Below, in pieces: positions 42,438-53,483 of a DNA stretch of 64,000 nt. A program made the translations under genes and the position numbers. Position 1 is the stretch's first letter, and each line of letters opens with the position of its first letter. Under the pieces are notes generated by a model. The model was not told the DNA's origin. It did not search any database and saw only the letters and a list, made by a program, of their open reading frames with translations. Source of the DNA: an uncultured Planctomycetota bacterium (GTDB lineage: Bacteria; Planctomycetota; Planctomycetia; Isosphaerales; Isosphaeraceae); contig CAWGMQ010000003.1 of NCBI GenBank assembly GCA_963823665.1, forward strand, positions 1,024,001 to 1,088,000, given 5' to 3'.

Positions 42438-43557
42438 TTAAACAGACCTGCTGACTTCAGTTGGCTTTCCGCAATGATTTTCGCCCGCAGGAAGCCAGAT
42501 TGTAAACGTGGCTCCGCCGCTCGGATTGTTGCGCACGGTCAACCGGCCGGACTGCTCCTTGAGAATCTCGGCGGCGAGGTACAAACCATACCCGGTGCCC
42601 TCTTTGCGTGTCGTGAAGAACGGCTCGAACACGCGGTTTATGTAGGCTTCGGGCACTCCCGGACCATTGTCGATCACATCGAGAGTAACGGAGCGCCGCC
42701 CGTCTTCCATGGCCGTGCTCGACCCGCAGCAGGATCTTTCCGCCTTGACCGGTGCTCGACAGCGCTTGCTGAGCGTTTCCGAGCAAACTGAAGAGAACCT
42801 GCATCAATCGGCCGGCGTCGACCCGAACGGGGGGAACATCCCGATCGCATGTCGTCTGGACGTCGATTCTCCGCTGGCCGGCAGGCTGGCCCTTCATGAA
42901 GAGCTGCACTGATTCCTGAAGCAGCGGCGGCAACTCGATCAACTGAACGTCCGAAGAGTCGTTGCGCACCGCGGCCATCAAATGATCGAGCCTGAGCTGG
43001 AGCAATTGCGCGTTTCGCAAAATTGCTTCAATCCACTGCATGCGGTCAGCAACCGGCTCCTCATCGGCTTGGAGGATTTCGGCCGAACCTCTGATCACGG
43101 CGAGCGGCCCGCGAATCTCGTGCACGATTCCGGCCAGGAGGCGACCAACCTGCACGAGCTGCTGGTTCAACATCGCCAGCCCGGACATCTGGCGAAATTG
43201 AATGAGCCGCCTCACGCGACCAAGCACGATTGCGCCGGCGGAATCCTTGGCGACGTAGTCGTCGGCCCCCGCTTCCAGGCCCGCGAGGACGTCGGAATCG
43301 TCGTGGCGAACTGTCAGCATCAAGACGGGAACGCCCGCGATCTCGTTGTCGGCGCGAATCGCGCGGCAGACCTCGAGCCCGCTCATGTCCGGCAAGTTCA
43401 CGTCCAGGATGACGATGTGCGGGCGCACTTCACGTGCCTTCGAAAGCGCCTGGCGACCCTTCGCCACTTCATAAACCGTGTAGCCACCCCGACCAAGGAT
43501 GGTCCTTAGCAAGGCGCGATCGGCCGAGCTGTCATCGACGATCAAAACGGCCGCCAT
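42438..43557 (-). CDS. Hybrid receiver-histidine kinase (frameshift ~42712)
   Basis: VLIVDD...LDVNLP receiver, H-box VHEIRGPL. DNGPG/FEPFFTT/GTGYGL lie in ORF 42438..42710. Confidence 0.9.
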
Positions 43558-43815
43558 CAGCTTCCGCTCCCTGGTCCAGTTTGCGTCCCGTTTGAAATCG
43601 CCGCCGGGCTAACCCACTCGAGTCGAGTTCATGGCATCGTGATCGATCTGAAGGATGCGCTGCTCCGCGATGACCCGGCTCTCGTCATCGACTGCCACAA
43701 CGCTATAATACGTGCGAGGTCCAGTATCGGGACACATTGCACCACTTCCGGTGGCGAGCCGCTTCAGGGCAGCCCGCGGAACTTTCCACGTGTTTTCCTT
43801 TTTTACGCGAGTGTC

Positions 43816-44934
43816 ATGACGACGACGATTCTACCACCGCCGTCAGCCGTTTCTCCTCTCCGGTTCGAGCCTTACCGCGAGATGGCTGATCCCGAGCTGG
43901 AAGAGCGAATCCTTCAGACGAAAGAGCAACTGGGCGATTCACTCTTGATTCTTGGCCACCACTACCAGCAAGACCAGGTGATTCGTTTCGCCGACCTCCG
44001 CGGCGACAGCTTCAAGCTGTCTAAACTCGCTGCGGAGAGCAGCTCGTGCCGCTACATTGTTTTTTGCGGCGTTCACTTCATGGCTGAGACGGCCGACATC
44101 CTTTCCCGCGAAGAAGTCCAGGTTTTTCTACCCGACCTGGCCGCGGGCTGCAGCATGGCCGACATGGCTGACCTCGACTCGGTCGAGGCGGCCTGGCGCG
44201 ACCTGGCCGAGGTGATTGACGTAGAGGATTTGATGCCGGTAACTTACGTGAATTCATCCGCGGATCTCAAAGCGTTTTGCGGACGGCACGGGGGGATCGT
44301 CTGCACGAGCTCAAACGCCCGTGCCGTACTGGATTGGGCGTTTGCGCGGCGCCGGCGCGTGCTGTTCTTTCCCGACCAGCATCTGGGACGAAACACAGCC
44401 AGACGGATGGGGATCGCTCTGGAAGAGATGACGGTCTGGGATCCCCGCGAACCGTATGGCGGCAACACGCCGCAGCAGATCGTTTCCAGCCGGGTGGTGC
44501 TCTGGAAAGGCCACTGTTCGGTGCACCAGATGTTCAAGGCAACCCATGTAGAGCAATTTCGGCGCCGTTTTCCCGATTCCAAGATCCTGGTTCATCCGGA
44601 ATGCATGATGCAGGTCGTAGACGCCGCAGACCTGGTCGGCTCGACCGAGTTCATCATAAAGACAATCGAAGAAGCGGCCCCGGGGTCGACGTGGGGAGTG
44701 GGAACCGAGCTTCATCTGGTCAATCGCCTGGCACAGGAGCATCCCGACAAATGCATCCACTTCCTTTCCCCGATGGTCTGCATGTGCGCGACCATGTTTC
44801 GGATCGATCTTCCGCACCTCGCCTGGTGTCTGGAGAACCTGGGCCGGGGAACCCCGGTCAATCGGATCAAGGTCGCGGCGGAGACGGCACACCGTGCGAA
44901 GCTCGCGCTCGAGCGGATGCTCGAGGTGCGATGA
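43816..44934 (+). CDS. nadA: Quinolinate synthase
   Basis: [55 protein letters not shown]. Confidence 0.97.
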   Translation: MTTTILPPPSAVSPLRFEPYREMADPELEERILQTKEQLGDSLLILGHHYQQDQVIRFADLRGDSFKLSKLAAESSSCRYIVFCGVHFMAETADILSREEVQVFLPDLAAGCSMADMADLDSVEAAWRDLAEVIDVEDLMPVTYVNSSADLKAFCGRHGGIVCTSSNARAVLDWAFARRRRVLFFPDQHLGRNTARRMGIALEEMTVWDPREPYGGNTPQQIVSSRVVLWKGHCSVHQMFKATHVEQFRRRFPDSKILVHPECMMQVVDAADLVGSTEFIIKTIEEAAPGSTWGVGTELHLVNRLAQEHPDKCIHFLSPMVCMCATMFRIDLPHLAWCLENLGRGTPVNRIKVAAETAHRAKLALERMLEVR

Positions 44935-44935
44935 T

Positions 44936-47179
44936 ATGAGCGTCAAAACGGGGCAAGCTCCCACGACATCCGACGCCGAGATCGAACTGATCGTGCATGC
45001 GAATCACTGGGATCCGTTCTCGGTCCTGGGGATCCATGAGCTGCCGGATGGCCCGGGAGGCAAGAAGGCGTGGATCATCCGCGCATTCCTGCCGGAGGCG
45101 GGCTCCGCGTGGGTGGTCGACCTGCAGAAGGGCGAGCCGGGCGCGCTCGTACCGATGAAAAAGATTCACCCGGACGGTTTCTTCACCCACGTGTTTCCCG
45201 ATCGCAGTCAGCCCTTTCCTTACCGGCTCAAGGTGGAAAACCACGAGGGCCATTCCTGGGATTTTGTCGATCCTTATTTCTTCGGCCCCCTGCTCTCCGA
45301 CTTCGATCTGCACCTCCTGGCCGAGGGCACGCACTATCGGAATTACGAGCGGCTTGGTGCCCACATCGAGGTGCATCGCGGGTACCGAGGCGTCCATTTC
45401 GCCGTATGGGCCCCCAATGCGCAGCGGGTCAGCGTGATCGGCAATTTCAATCACTGGGACGGCCGACGGCACGCGATGGGTAACCGAGGTGCTTCCGGCA
45501 TCTGGGAGCTATTCATCCCGGATCTGTGCGCAGGCGAAGTTTACAAGTTCGAAGTGAAGAGCCGCCACGGCGGCTACCTGGTTGAGAAGTCAGATCCCTA
45601 TGGCTTCGCTGCCGAATTGCGCCCGAAGACGGCGTCGGTTGTCTGGGACATTTCGAAGTTCCAGTGGCACGACGGCGATTGGCTCGCCAAGAGAGCCCAG
45701 CGACAAGGTCTGGATCAGCCGATCGCCGTGTACGAGGTGCATCTGGGCTCATGGAAGAAAGGCGACGGCGGTGAATTCCTGTCGTACCGCCAGCTCGCCG
45801 ACGACTTGGTCGGCCACCTCGAGCACACGCACTTCACCCATGTCGAGCTGATGCCGATCACCGAACATCCCTTCGACGGGAGCTGGGGCTACCAGCCCGT
45901 GGGTTACTTCGCACCCACGTCACGGTTCGGCACGCCGGATGATTTTGTTTACTTTGTCGACACGCTGCACCAGCACGGCTTCGGCGTCATCCTCGACTGG
46001 GTGCCCGCGCACTTCCCCAACGACTCGCACGGGCTGGGGTATTTCGACGGAACCCATCTGTACGAGCACTCCGACCCTCGTCTGGGCGAGCACCGAGATT
46101 GGGGCACCAAGATCTTCAACTATGGGCGGCCGGAAGTGCGGAACTTCCTCTTCGGCAACGCCCTCTTCTGGCTGGACCGCTACCACCTTGACGGGCTGCG
46201 GGTCGATGCGGTCGCGTCGATGCTTTACCTCGACTATTCGCGCAAGCCCGGCGAATGGGTCCCCAACGCGTTTGGCGGCAATGAGAATCTCGACGCGATC
46301 GATTTTCTCAAGCGACTGAACGAGCTTTGCCATCAAGAGCATCCCGGAGTCTTGACCAGCGCCGAGGAGTCGACGAGCTGGGGCGGCGTGTCGCGCCCGA
46401 CCTACCTGGGCGGGCTCGGGTTCAGCCTCAAGTGGAACATGGGCTGGATGAACGACACTCTCCGATTCCTCTCGAAAGACCCGGTCTACCGCAAGTACGA
46501 ACACGGCTCGCTCACCTTCAGCATGATCTACGCATTCACCGAGAACTTCATCCTGCCCCTCTCACACGATGAAGTCGTTCACGGCAAGGGATCGCTGCTC
46601 GACAAGATGCCGGGCGACATCTGGCAAAAGGTGGCAAACCTCCGGTTGCTCTACGGCTACATGTACGGACACCCGGGGAAGAAGCTGCTCTTCATGGGGA
46701 TGGAGATCGCCCAGTGGCGGGAATGGAATCACGACCAGAGCCTGGACTGGCACCTGCTCCAGTGGCGTGACCACCAGGGCATCCTGCGCCTGGTCTGCGA
46801 CCTGAACGCACTCTATCGCTCGACGCCAGCTTTGTATCAGGTCGACTTCGAATGGCAAGGCTATGAGTGGCTCGAGCTTCACGACTGGGAGAACAGCGTG
46901 ATCGCCTTCCTGCGTCGCGCGAAGGACCCGGATGATTCGGTTGTGGTCGTCTGCAATTTCACGCCGGTCGTGCGCTACGACTACCGCGTCGGCGTGCCGG
47001 TCGGCGGATACTATCATGAGATCTTGAACACGGATTCCGAGATCTATGGAGGCTCGAACTTCGGGAACTTCGGTGGAGCGTGGGGAATCCACGAGCCCCA
47101 CGCGGGCCGGCCGTTTCATCTGTCGCTGCGTCTTCCGCCGCTGGGTGTGGTTTTCCTCAAGACGCCGCGGTCGACCTGA
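44936..47179 (+). CDS. glgB: 1,4-alpha-glucan branching enzyme
   Basis: [57 protein letters not shown]. Confidence 0.97.
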   Translation: MSVKTGQAPTTSDAEIELIVHANHWDPFSVLGIHELPDGPGGKKAWIIRAFLPEAGSAWVVDLQKGEPGALVPMKKIHPDGFFTHVFPDRSQPFPYRLKVENHEGHSWDFVDPYFFGPLLSDFDLHLLAEGTHYRNYERLGAHIEVHRGYRGVHFAVWAPNAQRVSVIGNFNHWDGRRHAMGNRGASGIWELFIPDLCAGEVYKFEVKSRHGGYLVEKSDPYGFAAELRPKTASVVWDISKFQWHDGDWLAKRAQRQGLDQPIAVYEVHLGSWKKGDGGEFLSYRQLADDLVGHLEHTHFTHVELMPITEHPFDGSWGYQPVGYFAPTSRFGTPDDFVYFVDTLHQHGFGVILDWVPAHFPNDSHGLGYFDGTHLYEHSDPRLGEHRDWGTKIFNYGRPEVRNFLFGNALFWLDRYHLDGLRVDAVASMLYLDYSRKPGEWVPNAFGGNENLDAIDFLKRLNELCHQEHPGVLTSAEESTSWGGVSRPTYLGGLGFSLKWNMGWMNDTLRFLSKDPVYRKYEHGSLTFSMIYAFTENFILPLSHDEVVHGKGSLLDKMPGDIWQKVANLRLLYGYMYGHPGKKLLFMGMEIAQWREWNHDQSLDWHLLQWRDHQGILRLVCDLNALYRSTPALYQVDFEWQGYEWLELHDWENSVIAFLRRAKDPDDSVVVVCNFTPVVRYDYRVGVPVGGYYHEILNTDSEIYGGSNFGNFGGAWGIHEPHAGRPFHLSLRLPPLGVVFLKTPRST

Positions 47180-47278
47180 GGGTTGTGCTGATCGTGAGAT
47201 CACGGACTGCGAGCTGCGTGAGCGGCTGCTTGCCGCCTTCGTTTTGACGTTGCGATGTAGCCGATATACTCTGTCGTT

Positions 47279-47827
47279 ATGTCCGAGATCACCCAGCTTC
47301 TCGACGCCGCCGCGTCCGGCGATCGCCACGCGGCGGCCGAGCTGCTACCTCTCGTTTACGATGAGCTACGAAAGCTCGCGGCCGCGCGATTGGCCGCGGA
47401 GAAGCCCGGTCACACACTCGACGCCACCGCGCTCGTGCATGAGGCGTACCTGCGGCTGATCGGCGACCAGCAGTTCGACGGCCGAGGGCACTTCTTCGCC
47501 GCCGCGGCCGAGGCGATGCGGCGGGTGCTGGTCAATCACGCCCGCGAGCGAAAACGGGTGAAGCGAGGTGGTGGGCGAAAACGGGTCGATCTCGACCGGC
47601 TCACCGGCGCGGCTGCCGCCACCGATGACGACCTGATCTGCCTCGACGAAGCGCTCGATCGCCTGGCGAACGAGTTCGCGGTAGCCGCCGAGCTGGTGAA
47701 GCTGCGGTTCTTCGCGGGGATGACGCTGGGTGACGCCGCCGAGACGCTCGGTATCGCTCGACGGACCGCTGACAGGCACTGGGCGTTTGCCAGGGCATGG
47801 CTCGCCGACGCCCTGGCTGGCGGGTAG
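47279..47827 (+). CDS. ECF sigma factor, planctomycete kinase-associated type (TIGR02999-like)
   Basis: LLPLVYDELRKLA, TLDATALVHEAYLRL, HFFAAAAEAMRRVLV, VKLRFFAG, WAFARAWL. Confidence 0.95.
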   Translation: MSEITQLLDAAASGDRHAAAELLPLVYDELRKLAAARLAAEKPGHTLDATALVHEAYLRLIGDQQFDGRGHFFAAAAEAMRRVLVNHARERKRVKRGGGRKRVDLDRLTGAAAATDDDLICLDEALDRLANEFAVAAELVKLRFFAGMTLGDAAETLGIARRTADRHWAFARAWLADALAGG

Positions 47828-47916
47828 CCCGAGCATTCTTGGCCCATCGGCCGGGAATTGGTGAACGCGGCTGGCGTTGCGAGCGGTTGGCGGGAAATCG
47901 CACACCGCCTTCCTAC

Positions 47917-47979
47917 ACTAACCCGAAGCGTGAGCGATGAGGTAATTCGACGAAGCCCTCGCTTACGCTTCGGGTTAGT
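47917..47979. repeat. REP-like extragenic palindrome
   Basis: ACTAACCCGAAGCGTGAGCGA - 21 nt - TCGCTTACGCTTCGGGTTAGT (one mismatch). Confidence 0.8.
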
Positions 47980-48100
47980 ATGAGAGTCCTTCGGCAAGCG
48001 CCCTCCAGTTTTCGACCATGATCGAATTCTTCGGATCCCTTGGCGCACTTCCGGTCCGAACGGGGCATTGGTAGAGGAACCAGACTCCGGAGGTGAAGCC

Positions 48101-51100
48101 ATGCCCGACGCCGACCCCGCCCTGATGACCATATTCGCTGAAGCACTCGAACGGACCGACCCGGCCGCGCGGGCCGCCTACCTGGACAGCGCCTGTCGGG
48201 ATGATTCCGCCCTCCGCCGGAGGGTCGAGGCGCTGCTCGCCGCCCACGAGGGGGCTGGCCGGTTCCTGGAACCGGACTCCTGCGTGATGTCCGAAACCGC
48301 CGCACCCGCAACCGAGGGAGCGCCCGCGCGCCCGTCCCAGAAACGCGTTCCTCATCGCAACCGGTGAATGTGGCAGAGCGACCGGAGGGCGCGACCACCA
48401 CGATCGCTGACACAGCCCGGGCCGACCGCCCCCGCGGATTGGTCGCGGGCGAGGTCATCGCCGGCCGGTACACGCTGCTCGAAGTCCTGGGCGAAGGAGG
48501 GATGGGCACCGTCTACCGGGCGGACCAGACCGAACCGGTGAAGCGGCAGGTGGCGCTGAAGCTGATCAAGGTCGGGATGGACTCGCGTGCGGTGCTGGCT
48601 CGGTTCGACGCCGAGCGACAGGCGCTGGCCCTGATGGACCACCCGAACATCGCCCGCGTGTACGACGGCGGCACCACCGCGGCTGGCCAGCCGTTCTTCG
48701 TGATGGAACTGGTGAGCGGGGTGCCGATCACCGAGTATTGCGACCGCCACCGGCTCCCAGTGCGGGCCCGGCTGGAGTTGTTCGTCTCCGTCTGTCACGC
48801 GGTGCAACACGCCCACCAGAAGGGGATCATCCACCGCGACTTGAAGCCCAGCAACGTCCTGGTCACCGAGGTAGACGGACGGCCCACGCCCAAGGTGATC
48901 GACTTCGGGGTCGCCAAGGCAACGGAATTCACGCTTACCGACCAGAGCCAAGTGGACAGTGGAGCGATCGTCGGAACGCCGGCATACATGTCGCCAGAGC
49001 AGGGCGACCATTCGTCGATGGACATCGACACCCGGACCGACGTCTACGCGCTGGGGGTTATCCTGTACGAATTGCTGGCGGGGTCCCCTCCGATCGACGT
49101 GAAGCAGTTCCAGCGGGGCGCGTTCCTGGAGATGTTACGCATCGTGCGGGAAGTCGACCCACCCAGGCCGAGCACCAAGTTGGGCAGGGCCGAAGCGCTT
49201 CCCAACATCGCGGCCAGCCGCAACACTGAACCAGAGCAATTGAAGCGGATGTTGCGGGGTGACCTCGACTGGATCGTGATGAAGGCGCTCGAGAAGGACC
49301 GCGCCCGGCGTTACGAGACGAGCAACGGATTCGCGGCCGATGTCATACGGCACCTGTCGCACGAGCCCGTGCTGGCCGCCCCGCCGAGCCGGGCCTATCG
49401 GCTGCGAAAATTCGTGCGGAAGCACCGCGGCGCGGTGGTCGCCGTCAGCCTCGTCGTCCTGGCGCTCCTGGCCGGCATAGCGGGAACCACATGGGGGTTC
49501 TTCCGGGAGGCGGAGCGGGTCAAGGAACGCGATGAGGCAGTGAAGGTCGCCGATTCCCGCGCCGACGAGCTCAAGTACCGGCTGGGCATCAGCGACTTCC
49601 TTCTGGCCAGTGCCGCTTACGACAATAGCCTCGTGGTTCTGGCCGCCGAAAGGCTGGACAAGGTCCCCCCGGAGCAGCGCGGCTGGGAATGGGGTTACTT
49701 GACGCGGCTTACGCGCGGAGGCCTATTCACCCTCTACGGCCACGTGGATGGCGTATCGAGCGTGTCGTTCAGCGCAGACGGAACGCGAATCGTCTCCGGC
49801 AGCGATGACTGTACGGCGAAGGTGTGGGACGCGCGGACGGGCACGCCCTTGCTAGAACTAAGAGGACACGCGGGGTGCGTGTGGAGCGCTTCGTTCAACC
49901 CGGACGCGACCCGCATCGTTACAAGCAGTCTCGACGACACCGCGAAAGTATGGGACGCGCGGACGGGGACGCCGCTGCTCCTCATGGAGGGCCACACGAA
50001 TGGCGTGCAGAGCCTGTCGTTCAGTCCCGACGGCACACGGATTGTCACAGGCAGTTATGACAAGACGGCTAAGGTGTGGGACGCGCGGACGGGGACGACC
50101 CTGCGCGAGCTGAAAGGGCATGCGGGCTATGTGGAAAGCGTGTCGTTCAGCCCCGATGGGACGCGAATTGTTACCGGCAGCCTTGACGGTACGGCGAAGG
50201 TGTGGGACGCCGAGACGGGGACGCCCCTGCTCGAACTGAATGGCCACGAATCCGGCGTGTCGAGCGTGTCGTTCAGTCCGGACGCGACGCGGATCGTGAC
50301 TGGAAGCGGAGATGAGACGGTCAAGGTGTGGGACGCGCGGACAGGTACGCATTCGCTCAGCGTTACAGTGCACAGCGGCGAGGTGTACAGCGCCTCATTC
50401 AGCCCGGACGGGGCGCGAATCATCACCAACAGTTTTGACGGCACGGCGAAGGTTTGGGACGCGCAAACCGGGACACTACTTGACACGAAGGAAAGGAACG
50501 TGGGGCGGAGCCGATCGTTCAGCCCGGACAGGATGCGCATCGTCACCGCCGACAGGGAAACGGCGAACGTGTGGGATGCCCGGACAGGTGCGCGCCTACT
50601 TACACTGAAAGGCGACGGGGTAATCCGCGCGTCGTTCAGCCCGGACGGCACTCGGATCGTCGCCGGCAGTCGTTTCACGTGGGCGAGGGTTTGGGACGCA
50701 CGAACCGGGATGCGTTTGCTCGAACTGAACGGCCACAAGGACGGAGTGAACGGCGCGTCGTTCAGTCCGGACGCGACACGGATCGTCACCGTCAGTGACG
50801 ACCAGACTGTGAAGGTGTGGGACGCGCGGACGGGAACGCCACTGCTCGAACTGAAAGGGCATGTCGACAGGGTTTGTAGCGTATCGTTCAGCCCCGACGG
50901 GACCCGCATCATCACCGGCGGCGGAGATGGGACGGCGAAGGTTTGGGACGCGCGGACGGGCATGGCCCCGCTGGCGCTGAGCGGGCACACCGACAAGCTA
51001 AGAAGTGTGTCGTTCAGCCCGGATGGCACGCGGATCGTTACCGGCGGCGACGACCAAACAGTGAAAGTCTGGGACGCGCGGACGGGGACGCGGCTACTCG

Positions 51101-52293
51101 ACCTCGAAGGGCACTCACGAGCGGTCACGAGCGTCTCGTTTGGCCCGGACGGAACGCGGATCGTCACCGGCAGCTATGACGGTACGGCGAAGGTATGGGA
51201 CGCGCGGACGGGGACACCTCTGCTCGAACCGAGCACGGGCGGCGGGGAGTGCGTGTCGTACAGCCCGGACGGGACCCAAATCGTCACCGGTGACGGGGTC
51301 GCACTGGGGAGGGTGTGGGACGCGAGGACGGGCTCGCTTATGGCGGAGCTGAAAGGTCACTCGGGCTACGGGCAGAGCCTATCGTTCAGCACGGACGGGA
51401 CGCGTGTCCTCCAAAGATCCAATGCAGACGGGCCGGCGAAGGTTTGGGACGCGCGGACGGGCCGTACATTGACGGGCGAGCCGTTACGACCTGCTCCGCG
51501 CTCCGCCCGGATCAGCCCGGACGGCCGGTGGACGCTCACGCGGTCGGCAACCGCGTCAAACTGATCCCGCTGCGGCCGGATGCGGAGGAGCTCGCCTATC
51601 GAAGTCTATTGATGCAACCGAACTTGCGCCTCTGATCGAGAAGGCTACGAGGCAGCGACGAAGGCAAACGACCACTTCGCGGCCCGGTTTTACCTCAACC
51701 TCCTCCCGGCGCCCGAGCGGGTGCGGTATCAAGCCAACACGATCGTCGCGCCCCTGTTTGCGCGCTTGCTGCTCCTCGACGACGTGCTGGCCGCCCTCAA
51801 GGCCCAACCGGCGGCTGATCCGGAAGTCCAGACAGCGTGCCTGGAGTTAGCCGGAGCCTGGCCCGAACCACCCGGTTCGGAGCTCAACAACGTCGGTTGG
51901 GCTCTGGTTCGAGAGCCCGGGCAGGCGGACGCGATCTATCAGCGCGGCCTGCGCCCGGCGAATGCCGCATGTCGGCAGGAGCCTGAAAATGGTCTTCGTC
52001 TCAACACCCTGGGCGTGGCGCAGTACCGCTGTCGTTTGGTGGCCGAGGCGCTCGAGACCCTGACACGATCAAACGAATTGAACAAGGAGAGCCAACCCGC
52101 AGACCTGGCCTTTCTGGCACTCGCCCGGAGCCGACTGGGTCTGTCCGAAGACGCCCGTTCGACCCTGAGCCGACTGCGCGAGTTGATGAAGAACCCGGCG
52201 CTGGCAAAGGATCAAGAAGCACCGGCCTTCCTGCACGAGGCCGAGACGATCGAGCTCGACCAGGCCTTCCCGACAGACCCGTTCGCGCCATGA
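48101..52293 (+). CDS. Ser/Thr protein kinase - TM - 14 WD40 repeats - TPR-like tail (frameshifts ~48340, ~51530, ~51635)
   Basis: IFAEALE...AAYLDSAC.DD.ALRRRVEALL leader; GEGGMG, VALKLIK, HRDLKPSN, DFG, GTPAYMSPEQ; WD40 units SFSPDGTRIVTGS.D.TAKVWDARTG; LNTLGVAQYR. Confidence 0.92.
49730..51470 (+). repeat. ~126-bp WD40-coding tandem repeats (14 units, some shortened)
   Basis: AAGGTGTGGGACGCGCGGACGGG and TCGTTCAGCCCGGACGG recur at ~126-nt spacing. Confidence 0.9.
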
Positions 52294-52297
52294 TCAA

Positions 52298-53046
52298 CTA
52301 CTCCGGCTCGAACTCGTCGAGCGGGATCGCCGGCTTGCCGGCTCCGCCTCGTGGCGCGCCGGGTTTGGGCGTTCCAGCATGCCCCGGCGTGCGCGGGGCT
52401 TGCGGGATCAGCTCGTCGATCGTCACGTCCCAGGTCACGTGGCCGATCGCGATCTTGGCGGTCTTCTTGCGCTGATCCAGCTTGATGACCCGCCCGGGAC
52501 GGTCATACCCAAGCCGCGGTACCACGACTTGGTCGCCGATCTGAAGCAAGGCGCGGGCGTCGGCGAGGCCGACACTGCGCTGCGCCTCCTCATGCAACTG
52601 GGCCAGGCGCTGGGCCAGGACCTCGCGAATCCGTTCCGTCTCGGCCTGCGCTTCGACGGCCGACTGGCGAGCGGCCGCGGCTTCCTTGCGCAGCTTCTCC
52701 AGGCCTTCCCAGTCGGCAACGCCGCGGCTCTGGCTGTCGGCCAGGTACAACTCGGCTCGCTCGACCACGGCCGCAGGCAGCCGCAACTGGCGCGCGATCT
52801 TGAGCGCTTTCGATTGGCCGACGTCGCCGACGTGCAGCCGGTACCTGGGCTCGAGCGTCTCGTCGTCGAACTCGACGGCGGCGTTTTCGGCGTCGGGGTT
52901 CGAGAAGGCATAGGTTTTCAAATCGCCGATGTGGGTCGTCACGATCGCCTGGCAACCAATGCGACAGAGCTCGTCGAGGATCGCCCGGCCCAGGGCCCGC
53001 CGTCGGTCGGGTCGGTGCCGGCCCCGAGCTCGTCCAGCAACACCAG
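52298..53046 (-). pseudogene. 5'-truncated diverged duplicate of the mutS2 3' end
   Basis: 52293-53046 aligns to 53479-54233. It begins at LVLLDELGAGTDP, has a 1-nt deletion near 52998, and differs at 15 residues in the last 214. Confidence 0.9.
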
Positions 53047-53252
53047 AGGTTGAAAGACGCGCAACCTTTGCCGAACGTCGGGCACTTGCCTTCTTCGTGG
53101 TCGAACTGACCAGAGACCGTGGTTTTGCGCCGAAGGCGCGAGCCGCGAATGATTGGATGCCTAGGACCGTGACAAAAGGATGGGTGTCTGGAATCCACGG
53201 TACCGGCGACGCGATCTAGCCAATTGCGTCGAGATTGCAGGAAAGAGTCAAT

Positions 53253-53432
53253 TCAAACGCAATCACGACGCAATACCCTTCCGTAACCTCTTAAGGAAGC
53301 TCGAGATTTGGCGTCGTGAATTGTGTTCACAATCAAAATGGACATGAACGTTTTCACCACAGCGGCAGCGTCGGGATAGCGCGCACGCATTGAGTCGCGA
53401 ACCTCAACCACCGACGTCGGCGCAAGTGCCAC
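53253..53432 (-). CDS. Possible 59-aa orphan protein between the mutS2 copies
   Basis: GGGAGG RBS just before a GTG at 53432; no recognisable motif. Confidence 0.3.
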   Translation of the reverse strand: MALAPTSVVEVRDSMRARYPDAAAVVKTFMSILIVNTIHDAKSRASLRGYGRVLRRDCV

Positions 53433-53483
53433 AAGACCCTCCCTTCGCGATTCTTTCCGATTTCTCCGGTGGCACGTAATCAA

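Noticed and set aside
49730..51470. 126-bp repeats as CRISPR or DGR template/variable repeats
   Set aside because: They encode WD40 units, differences are not adenine-restricted, and no reverse transcriptase is present.
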